This document shows, in pieces, positions 53,501 to 64,000 of a stretch of 64,000 nucleotides of DNA. Source of the stretch: Acanthaster planci (lineage: Eukaryota); assembly GCF_001949145.1 (NCBI RefSeq), contig NW_019091359.1:1686540-1750539 (forward strand). Direction: 5' to 3'. Numbering within the stretch: the stretch's first letter is position 1; each line of letters opens with the position of its first letter. Both the position numbers and the translations under genes were made by a program. Below the pieces are notes generated by a model. That model saw nothing but the letters and a program-made list of their open reading frames with translations. It searched no databases and was not told where the DNA came from.

Positions 53501-56500
53501 AGAGATCAGGTGAGGAAAAATAACCCACACAAGGTGCAGCATAGGGGTTGTAACAAAGTGCCAATGCCAATAGGATAATGTGACTTTCCACGGCTATTTA
53601 CAGCCGACAAGGGATGAATTCTCGACAAGGGAGGAATTCTCTTTCTCAACAGAATCTCAACCCTTTTTTTCTCTTTTTTTGTTTTTTTCTGGTTTTTGTC
53701 CTAAATCCTCCGAAACCCTCTGGGTAGATTTGGAAGAATGGTGTATGAGTGGCCGATTGCGAAGGATGCAGTGTGTCCAGGTTTTGGGTTAGACCTTGTG
53801 TTGTTTCTGCTTAGCCATGCACAAATTCATGCCTACATGTGAAGTATACGTGTATAATAAAGTATGTGATTTCCTCCCTACTACTCCAGGAGACCATCTG
53901 CACTGCCTCAAGAGGATTTGAAGGATTGAGAAGAGTGCCTGGCACACAGGCTTAAGGGCCAGGGTTAAACCTCTAAAAATCCACAATTTTGTGGTCAAAA
54001 TCCTTGGTGCTGTTATACACAAATGATCCACAACAGACTGTACTAAGCACTGTAAATTTCTACTGTCTTCGATCTAGCAAAATCCTCTGCAAACTCTTTG
54101 TACAGATAGATTCTAGGAATGATTTTGGCAGATTAGCACAAAGCATATGGTAATCGCGCACCATTACACGTAAAGGTTTAGCCCTACTTGTGTACGGTGG
54201 AACACGTATGGTATCACAACCTGTCTTTTACCAAATTCTATAAACCTATTTTTCTAATGGATGAATTTGAAAATGATCTTTATGCATCGGGTACATGTAG
54301 AGTACACGAAACTAGTACTCTACATACTGGTCCATTGTACACGTATACATGTAGGTACTGTACAAAAAGTCCATGTGGTACTGTGTGTCCATGCACATAC
54401 ATGTACATGTATATACCAGTGAATGTACATGTACATTGCATTAACTGCTGGTACCCTGTATGGATGCGCTTTTTTCCCATTTGAACCGTACACGTACCGT
54501 ATTAACGGAGCTCTGGGTTCAAAGTGAATCCAAAAGCAAAACCAAACTCATGAAAAATTGGACACTCCAGCAAATGTTGCGGTGGATGTTTCATGGCGTC
54601 GAGCTTCCTTTCACATCCACATTTGCAGGAACTACATGGACGAGCCTGCATTTCATGCAAGTCTGCTAAATTAAAATTCACATCCGGAACGCCGCTTCTC
54701 ATGATAACAGTGCACTGGATTGATTATACAGTCTCTAAATTGACAATTTGGGATACATGGATATACATGTGTGCATATATACGGTGTGACAAGGCCTATT
54801 TCGTTTTACGGCTTGAAGTCTTCCTTAAATGGTTCCTGTCTCAAACGAATGACTAATCAGATGGGGTCCATCAACGTCTACAAATGGTGGGTGACGCGAG
54901 GTACATGTACCGAGGCTTCAGACTGTCTGGTCTGTAAAGATGGTCTATTAAGATGTCAGTGTGCCTTCAAACATCAACTAAGCCAACCACTGCCTGCATG
55001 ACGGTAATTCTATACCCACCAAACATGCTAATGGACTACGGCTCACATTGGCCCTGATTTGTCCGACAAAATAACTCGCTAAAATAAGCGAAGCCTGAGC
55101 AACCTTGGCAGCGATTCTGTGCAACTCAGTCATGATACAAAATATTGAAAATAAAAGTTTGAAAAATCAGTCCTGAGAGCAGGGTACTAAAGGGATTTAA
55201 GGTTTAAGGATGGAAAGGGAGTAACCTTTTGACGGTGATATAAACACGCCCGGAGAAATAAAACGGTTCTGAAAACATGAACATAAACACTTTGCCTGTA
55301 CTGCACTGGGAGATTAGTAGTTAATCATTTGTCTGAAAGAAATAAAGAAGACAAGGGCATGTTCACTGCAATACTTCCAAGACTCCAAGAACAAGGAAAC
55401 AAGGAGAGTCTCATAGGAACTTCTACATAGCCACATTTTCAATTAAATGCTTTGTAAATGTGCATAAATACATGTACATTTAGAGTTTTAATGCCCCTTG
55501 CATATACAAGCAGGCCTCGACATTAACGGTTGCTCAACTGCCTGGGACAAGTAATTTGTTCTTTCGGGCAAGTAAAAATCAAGGCCAAATTGCCCGATGG
55601 AAAGGCACTTTTCTCTTTCCTCTTCAAAAAAGCTTACAAGAAGTGGTAAAATACAGCTACGTGGCGTAAAACGACTTTCTGCACCGTTAGATGCATGGAT
55701 GTACTGTATGAATTTGTGTGTATTATTTAAGCAGGGCACCTTTCCACTTGAGGGAAAATGCGTACACAAATAAACTGTAAAATATCCTTGTGTCTGGGTA
55801 CCAAACCTCATTGGTTATTGCATGCGTGGCGCAGCGGAGCTTTGATGTCCGGAAGCTCGAAGACTGTTTGACAAGTGGCCGTGACATCAATATTAGTAAA
55901 TTTGCCTGGTACTTGTGTACTTTTTACACCAGGCAAAATCGTCGAGTGGTTGAGAAATAGCAATTGCCCAAACTTGTATGAATGAGGCATCAGAGTCCTG
56001 CGCACTCCCTGCATACATGCAATAGTTGAGGGTGATGTATATTCATGTCGTATTGTGGGGTACAATTTCATCAATGGTGATTGGTTGAAGGAACTAACTT
56101 ACTTTCCCGGGAAGCAATGAGGAACTAAACCAGGGTTTGGGCAAGTAAAATCTTACCTTGGGCAGGTAAATTTTCATTGCTACTTGCCCGATGAACAAGT
56201 AGTTACAAAATTAAATGTTAAGACCTGCTTACAAGAGATCTTCTTTGAGTTTAACCAAGGACCGACAATTTGTGATACAGAGGAAACACGTACGGTACAT
56301 TCCGAGGTGAAAGTTGCAGCAACACTTGAGATCAGCAACGCACTGTGATGAACATTCTCCATCAAAAGAGAAATTAAACATTACGTACCTTCGTCCGCTG
56401 GCCTCTTGGAATCCGAATCGCAGGTAAATAACGTCTGGTGATCCTGTGCCGATTGGTTCATATCGTAGTACGTCAGTGGATCTTTCCCTGTGACCCAAGT

Positions 56501-59500
56501 GTAGCGGTTATATTCCGAACCCCGAAATAAATTCAGGGGATTTCGCCAAGTCTTGCATTCTGGAGGGGGGAGGTGAAATAGAGTAAAAGCTAATCAACTG
56601 CTGATGGAAATAAGGGAAGGATGTCCCATCTTCACTCAGTGCTTTTCCATTAAAGGTAAAGTTGTTTACAGGCAGAGTTGTATAACAGACCACTCTCTTT
56701 CTGTGTCATAGTCATATTTTTATACCTACACGTACACGTAAGCCAGTAGCTGGTTAAGTACTATTGGCCATGAAAACAAAAGTAAGAGAACAAACCGTAA
56801 GCAAGGCTCGAAATTAACGGGCGAAGGTAGCTAAAATGCACCCGTTTGTCTCAGAAAGGCGCCCGTAAATCATAAAGACGGGCGTAAGTGCTTACGCCTG
56901 TTTGATTCCGTTATTGTGACGAAAAATACATGAACCTGAACATTTTTACCGTTTGTTTCTACTTTTGTCACGAAAAATACATGAAGTTTTGACTTCACTT
57001 CGGATCAGCCTTGTCACGGAACCATAACACAGTACAATTTTTTTACAATGTCACCAAGTGCACGCCGCAGTCTTGCATGCGATGCATGCACATGCATGAA
57101 CGTACACACGTGTCTGAATTGATATGCCAGGAATTTACACACGATTGTTTGGGAACTGACCGCGACCACAACCTCCTAGACTTGTGTGTAAATTCAAGCC
57201 AAACAAGTGGATTTGGCTTAGACTTCAGTTTCACTGGTTCCAGTCATAGTGTGAACATGTGGTTTTGAACACTGCCCCAAAATAGCTGGAACCAGCAAAA
57301 CCAAAGTCTCAGCTGACTCCAATCATTTCGAAAATGCTCGATTGCTGCAGTTTAACCCTTTTACGTGTGTGTGCATATGCACATTATAAAGGCCCAGTGC
57401 CCGACTGTTGGCATTGCGTCGCTAAGCACAAAAGCAACGGCGAGGACCAGGGTCTTTGCTTTTTTTTCTTGAACAGACATGCATGTCTTTAATATTGTAC
57501 GGGAGCTACATGTACTTGCTCCCGTAAACTAACAAATTCAGCCGTCTACGGAGCAAGTACTTCTGTGATGATTAGCCCAATTTTGAGCCCTGACTAGTGT
57601 TAAAAAATCATACAAGGTTATCGAGACATCAAATTATAAATGTTGCTTGATGTCATCTGAAAATACAGCCCTTTTTTTAACAGTAATGGGGCAAAACTTT
57701 TGATGTACATTAATGAGGGAAAAAAACCTGTCACTAAATAAGGGGTGACGTTTCTGCTAACTTTGGCAGCCAGTGCAAAGAGTACATTTAAGCAACATTA
57801 TGACTGACTGTTGACACTTTTTTATATGTACTGGTAGGCGTTGATTCAAATCAGATTGCACAACTCCGTGCAAACTCAACGTTTACAATCAAATGCAAGG
57901 GCAAAACACTGGCAATTTTAATTCGTCCAAAAAACCCATTCTCGTGTCACAAATCCAGAAAATGGCTGATAAGGCCTGGAATTTTTTATTTATTAGATTA
58001 CAAAAAAATATGAAATTTTGAAGGGGCGGTGGACAGAAAAAAATATTTAGAAAAAAAAGAATTCCATTTTTTTCCCCTACACTTAACTTACATGTATCTA
58101 GGGTCAGAGCCAAAAAAAACATTGAATTTGGCCATATTTGGTGTGAATATGTTTTTCTGTTCAAATTATAAACCAGAATTTAGTCACTGAAAAAATTTCT
58201 GCGAACTTCTGAGAAGGGTTGCTTGCGTGGTTGTTGTATTGTACATGTGTACAGCAAGAACTCACAAAAAAGGACAAAACTTAGGCTCTAAAAAAATGAG
58301 TTTTTGTGCACAAATCAATGTACTGGTCACTTGCTCATGAATACGACAGATAGAGCATACATGTACTGTTCGAAACGTTATTTACCATCGGCTCTTTGCA
58401 GAAACGCTCAAAGCGATATATCCAGGGCGCTTTTGCAAACTTATCTACATGTACTTTACGAAAATAACCATTAGCATATTAACCAAAATACTAGCAAAAT
58501 ACCCTTTTTAATAGTGTAATAAAAAGGTGCATTTCGAATGTTTGAATCTTTAAAAAAAATCCACTGCAGAAACCCTCTTATAACCACAAATGGCCGGTAA
58601 TTTTGTGTAGTATCTTGCAAAATCAATGCTTCCAACATGACTGGGGGCACTACTCACGTCTGACTTTGGTCCACCAATAGACCACTACCATTCCGGCTGC
58701 CTCTTACCTGGCGGAGACTGCTGATTGGTATTACCATTCCCGCTGTTGTCCGATCCTCCTAGCCAGGGCGACAGGTGGTTCAAGGAGACCTGCTCGATGA
58801 ACGACGTGCCATACTTGCGGAAGTACCACCACTCAAAGATCTTGACAAAAGAAAAAGATATCACTTAGTCAGTTGTTCCTCGCTTCAATCACACTAAATT
58901 TTGTATCAAACTGGAGACCAACGCAGGCTTTATTATTAAAAGTTCACTCTTTTAGGTCAGTTTACACTTGGCACGAAATCGAACACAAACAGGATTTTTG
59001 GACATCCAAATCAATACTCTCACTGTGAATTTGCAAAAGGGGAACGCATTTAAATTCAAGCGAATTTTTTTATAAATGTTTTGTGACGTGAATTCACTTT
59101 GCTTTCGCATTTGCATGAAGCACGGTCCAGCTTTGGACTCATGTCAACTTTCTTTTTTAAAACTGACCACACAATAGGGCTGTACAACGACATCTGTTAC
59201 CTGAGTGCTTGACCAATACTGTCAGGTGAGGGTTTGAATCATGCAACCGACTAGCCATGACTGATGCCATAACCACCCACTAAAGCTTACATGTACACGT
59301 ACCAAGTAACCTTTCAAAGTGAAAAAAAGATTCAGCATCCTGAAAGGTATTTGTGTGGAAATTTTAAACACAAACCAGGCTACACTGTGCATGAAATGCT
59401 AAAACAGATTTCACGGTTTATGCCCCAAGGTTACTAATGAGCATTTCGGTAAAGAACTGGCAATTTGAATCCACTTTCATGTTTGCTTTTTTCTGCTCGA

Positions 59501-59843
59501 ATTTTGGGGTAAGGATAAGGATTAGTTTGCAGTTACCCAGGTAACTGCCTTATTAGGGTACTTAGTTCACTAGCCCTAAACAAGGTACAATTGAGGTGCT
59601 TTTTGGCAAAAACACAAAACCAAACTAACTACACAGTGCAACAACAGCAACAACTCGAGGAATTGCCACATTTTGATTGTCCACAGCATGGTTACAACAA
59701 ATCATTTACCCCTCAGAAACCTTCAGGCATTTCTTCTTTACCACCACTCAAAATACTTACCAAGATGAGTCCCGAAATAAGTGAGGAGGTTCCCGTCAAA
59801 GCCACATAAAACTTTGGAGTCAAAGTGTTGAGAAACATAGCCA
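44506..59843 (-). CDS. ST7: Suppressor of tumorigenicity 7 (ST7/ST7L homolog), 11 exons in the window; 5' exon not found
   Basis: Exons 59761-59843 ([26 protein letters not shown]), 58708-58840 ([19 protein letters not shown]), 56389-56559 ([19 protein letters not shown]), 51505-51583 (AWRERNPQ), 49530-49683 or 49675 (ILLAEEE), 48683-48780 ([12 protein letters not shown]), 47995-48182 ([17 protein letters not shown]), 46876-46978 ([10 protein letters not shown]), 46231-46474 ([10 protein letters not shown]), 45548-45687 ([23 protein letters not shown]) and 44506-44601 (SLWQQLTRL*). Phases are consistent except at the 49683 acceptor. Confidence 0.95.
52517..52650 (+). repeat. Dispersed ~130-bp repeat; inverted copy at ~61750-61883
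   Basis: GGGGACATACACTTGACATTT...TTGTGGGGACTCAGAAATGTCCCCACAACTCG...AAATTTCCCTAACAAAAGAACTTGTCCCCT...GTGAATGCCT appears as a reverse complement at 61750-61883. Confidence 0.8.
55511..56227. mobile_element. Degenerate hAT-like non-autonomous element in an ST7 intron
   Basis: Ends CAGGCCTCGACATTAA ... TTAAATGTTAAGACCTG form an imperfect TIR. Subterminal GGGCAAGTA/TTGCCCG motifs recur at both ends. The flanking 8-mers TATACAAG and CTTACAAG match at 6 of 8 positions. Confidence 0.45.
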
Positions 59844-60754
59844 CTGCAAAATGCAAAGAAAAGACAAAGAAACAGAAAAAAAATGAAAAGAAAAAGATTT
59901 CAAAATCAGTTTTTAGGTTTCAAAACGTACGCGTCAACCTACCGATCCCACGAAACTGGGTACAAATTTGGAGGCAGGTACATGCAAGCCCAGCTATCGT
60001 ATTACTAAATAGGGCTTTGATATCTGCTCAAAGTTATGGGGGTGGGGTGAGGGGGGGTCACTGTTTTCGTGCACGGCATTTGAAAGACCCGGGCACCTGG
60101 ATTTGGCCAAAAAATCCACTGAGTTTGGTAGGGGGAAAGTGTGCTTGGACCTCAATAAATTCCACTGAGCACATGATTTAGTTTTAAGGCCAATTTATTC
60201 AACTGAATGTACAATACATGTTGCTTTTTAGCATTAATTTCTTTAACAACTTTGTCAAAACTGCATCAGTAATTACTGGTAATGTTTAACATGCACATGT
60301 GTGTGTAGGCTTTGCTTTCTGCAAAGATGCTAAATATCAACCTTGTTTCAATANNNNNNNNNNNNNNNNNNNNNNNNNNNNNNNNNNNNNNNNNNNNNNN
60401 NNNNNNNNNNNNNNNNNNNNNNNNNNNNNNNNNNNNNNNNNNNNNNNNNNNNNNNNNNNNNNNNNNNNNNNNNNNNNNNNNNNNNNNNNNNNNNNNNNNN
60501 NNNNNNNNNNNNNNNNNNNNNNNNNNNNNNNNNNNNNNNNNNNNNNNNNNNNNNNNNNNNNNNNNNNNNNNNNNNNNNNNNNNNNNNNNNNNNNNNNNNN
60601 NNNNNNNNNNNNNNNNNNNNNNNNNNNNNNNNNNNNNNNNNNNNNNNNNNNNNNNNNNNNNNNNNNNNNNNNNNNNNNNNNNNNNNNNNNNNNNNNNNNN
60701 NNNNNNNNNNNNNNNNNNNNNNNNNNNNNNNNNNNNNNNNNNNNNNNNNNNNNN

Positions 60755-61307
60755 CCAAGGCAATAGGGCAACCAAGCCTGGCCAAGGCAATAGGGCAACC
60801 AGGCCAGACCAAGGCAATAGAGGGATCCCAATACGATGCTTTTAGCGTCGATCTGCACACTTCCGCGTTTGAAAACGAGGCTGTATGTGTCAGCTTAAAT
60901 TCTTAATATGATCAGACGATTGAAAGTAAGGAGTTAAGACACAAAATACATAAAGGTATGTTAAATTCAGACTTGAAAAGGCTGCAATTTTTAGTGGAAG
61001 AGTCTTTCAGGATGACTCGACACGTCAAAAGAAAAAATAACAACAATTGACCGCGAACTAACGTACCTGCAATGGTCGTGTATCTTGTGCAGTGGGCATG
61101 GTTTAAACTGAAGTGGCGTCACACTTACGAACCAGATACTCCATGTACTGTGTGGACTCCGCGGGCGCGCGCGACGAAGTTCAACACAGAGAGCCTCGGT
61201 TTTGATGTAGATATGCGCAGACGGCGCTAATGTGAAATCCCTCTATAGGGTAACCAGGCCTGGCCAAGGCAATGGGGCAACCAGGCCTGGCCAAGGCTAT
61301 AGGGAAT
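60755..61307 (+). repeat. Two short arrays of a 27-bp unit (CCAAGGCAATAGGGCAACCAGGCCTGG-like) at 60755-60826 and 61237-61307
   Basis: Visible tandem units. The first array runs into the gap 60354-60754. The second is bounded by ATCCCTCTATAG ... CTATAGGGAAT. Confidence 0.75.
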
Positions 61308-61749
61308 ACTTGCTGCATCACCTGTACATGTCATGGCAGAGACAATTCAACAACTGGTACATAAGATTTCAAGATTTTATTTCATTTCTACAGCATAATA
61401 ACCATACACAATAATAAAATTTTTAATAAATACATAAATAAGATTGAATGATACTACAACACACTTTAGAAAGGATACTGTAGAGGGGTACCCAGTGAAA
61501 GCAATGCTTGTAGATTTGCTTGTAGATTTGGGCCCTGTTTGTAACTTACATGTACGTACATCTGAAAAAAAAATCTGTCTTTAAATTCTTGAATCTATAT
61601 GTATCCATTACCAGAGGGAAGACATTCAGGGAAGAAAGCACATCCTGTACAATGCACATGTACATTGTACACACCAGAAAAAAGGTACTGTCACAGTTAA
61701 CAATGGAGCAGTTCACATTTTACGTGCATTTCCACACGTAATACTGGGC

Positions 61750-61883
61750 AGGCATTCACCCCTTTCAGGGGACAAGTTCTTTTGTTAGGGAAATTTGCAC
61801 CGAGTTGTGGGGACATTTCTGAGTCCCCACAATGTTTTGGTCCCGACAAAATAGGTAAAATGTCAAGTGTATGTCCCCATAAC
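61750..61883 (-). repeat. Inverted copy of the dispersed repeat at 52517-52650
   Basis: AGGCATTCAC...AGGGGACAAGTTCTTTTGTTAGGGAAATTT...CGAGTTGTGGGGACATTTCTGAGTCCCCACAA...AAATGTCAAGTGTATGTCCCC. Confidence 0.8.
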
Positions 61884-64000
61884 TATGCTGTGGGAGGCAA
61901 AGCACAAGACATGTCCAGGAATGTAAGGTATGCCATGTGGGTACGTAGACACAACGTCTTTTTTTTGCTTCAAGAAATATTTTAGAAAAGAAGAAAGTGT
62001 TCTTCAATTCTTAGCTTTATCACAAGCAACAAATGATTGTTTCCTTAGATTTGAGAATTTACACTGTCATTCCAGGTAATTCAATTTTAACTGAAATCAA
62101 CTGTGTACTTTCCTAACCCTCAATAGATTCACTTTACTGTTAAGTATACATTTGCCCGTATGGCAACTTGGCAAGCGACTGGTCGGCATTTGCTATACAG
62201 CTCTAATCAAAATTCTGTTTCTTTCTTCAACTGCCTCCCATTTTCAGATCGAAAAGAAAGAGAGTTTGACTCTTTGACCACACTGAAGGTTGATGGTACC
62301 GGTACATTGTCCATGTACAGGTGTACATGTGCACTCAACACAGACATACACATTAAAAAAATTAAATTAAATTAACCCCTTCTCATCATCTTCTTCATAA
62401 AGATAAAACAATCTCTTGCATTCCAAGTCCTCAAAGGGTCAGCTAAATTCATCCTGCTTGCAGATTATTACCGGATCTTTCAATGTTTTACAAATTACCG
62501 TAGATTGCCATGGAAACTGCACAAGGCAGCTTTGGGGTGGTGTGTCATGTCGGACACAGTGCAATCTCCCATCAGCCATCAACAGGCAGGCATATGCTAA
62601 TACATGTACGTCAGCATTTACTGGGGCTTTTGGAGAGTGCTGGCTGAAGCCCGTCAGATCTTTATTGTGATCAACATTTTCCCAATCAAGGAAATGAGGT
62701 ACCGTTACATGCACACATATTGTGCAGGTACAAATGACATTTGGCATGTTTTTTTTCGCTTGACGTATGACTGACATACATGTACACAATGGACATGTAT
62801 AGGAAATGTACTCAATGTTTACTGAGATAACGGCGTTTCTCATTTCAGAGCGACCTTTATTTTCAAGGGGAAAAAGAATCAGTTTTTATGCTGTGGAAAT
62901 TCTCAGCAAGAAAAACGTAAGGAAAATGATAATCATAAGACCCTCTGAGCGCTAGTAAATAATGTTGATTTTTTAACCCTCCCCTTTCCATGAACAGACC
63001 CTCCCTCCAGGTCAAAAAAATACGTGAACCATGGAAATGACTGTGCATACCTTAAGTAGGATCTTCTTGTGGCTTCCAGAAACATTAGTTTTTTTGTCTT
63101 GGGCTATAATCATGAATGCCAGAAAGCTATCACAATAATACTATTGACCAATCAGAATTATGGTTTGAAACTCATTCCATCCTGCCTTGACCAATCACAT
63201 TCATTTAACGGCCCAGAGTGACTGGTACCCTCTTAAAAGAATCTAAGACAACTTGTTTTCATTCAAAATAATGTTTCTATGATTGCGTTAAGAATAATTT
63301 AAGTACTCCGAAACAACAGTTGGATATAAATGAGAAATTAAACTGATTTATTTAACTAGTCATTACTGGTTAACCTTGTACGCATAATATCTCTGCTCGT
63401 CCTTCATACATACATGTACTGTACGGTAAATCAATTAAACATACAGGTACATACATGTACAACCTGACGTCAAAAACAGAACACGATCAAATAAATTAGT
63501 GCCTTAGTTTGGATGAAAACTTTGTGTCATCATTCAGTATTTATTCAGCTACACATATCACCTAGAAACAATATAGTACATGTAGAAATTTGTGGGTTCC
63601 GTGCACAATGTCAGTGTTAACGCATGCTTCACCACATCCTTCTAGGTTTAATACTTGATAGTGAGTAAATACACCAAAAATCAAGCCAATTTTCCCAATT
63701 TTAACACAATACATGTTCTTTTGACGTTCATTCAGGAAGCCACACAGGACTAAACTCTATGACTAAAATTATGCACATGGCGGGTCAGCGTTTCCTTCCT
63801 CTGCAATCTTACAAGTTATTCTGCCTTTGCTGAACCATAACCAACATTTTTCAAAGACTGAATTTCCTTGTTTTAAGTACCAATGAAATGCACTACACCA
63901 GTCTAATCTAGTAAATCCTTCAGTTAGCAGCTAATTTCCATCTAACACACAAGTACTGTGCATGTACAGTACAAACATACACGTAAATTTATGTACATGT

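Noticed and set aside
56802..57592. Second hAT-like element (CAAGGCTCGAAATT…AATTTTGAGCCCTG)
   Set aside because: Only a 12/14 terminal match with no convincing TSD; too weak to list as a feature.
58658..58707. Alternative downstream donor (GAC|GTGAGT) for the ST7 exon ending at 58708
   Set aside because: The extension contains an in-frame TAG, and sequence alone gives no evidence it is used.
60266..60906. Long ORFs spanning 60.3-60.9 kb and 35.0-35.35 kb
   Set aside because: Artefacts of translating through N gaps.

Overview
Eukaryotic (metazoan, probably marine invertebrate bilaterian) genomic DNA with GT-AG introns and three assembly gaps (a single N at 2957, 35163-35271, 60354-60754). 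From left to right: (1) a ~3.3 kb block present twice, each copy holding a ~2.9 kb non-autonomous DNA transposon with long TIRs and a perfect 6-bp TSD; the first coding exon of aminoacylase-1 (ACY1, minus) lies between the two elements. (2) A complete 5-coding-exon ABHD14-family alpha/beta-hydrolase (plus). (3) A complete 5-exon Wnt2 (minus) with an unusual 82-aa C-terminal tail. (4) An unrecognised 6-exon gene (minus, 33448-36649) for a ~308-aa secreted protein built from phase-0 exons, each carrying one LKLxLILKAIxxL repeat, followed by an acidic Thr-rich linker and a 30-aa Lys/Trp/His-rich terminal peptide. (5) A head-to-head, intronless, twice-frameshifted paralog of that gene (plus, 39551-40213). 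(6) A solo LTR. (7) 11 exons of ST7 (minus; first exon not found). The secreted-repeat gene pair inside the conserved ST7-Wnt2 interval is the best candidate for a new system. Exon coordinates were derived by hand from splice sites and codon-phase continuity; no database searches were run.
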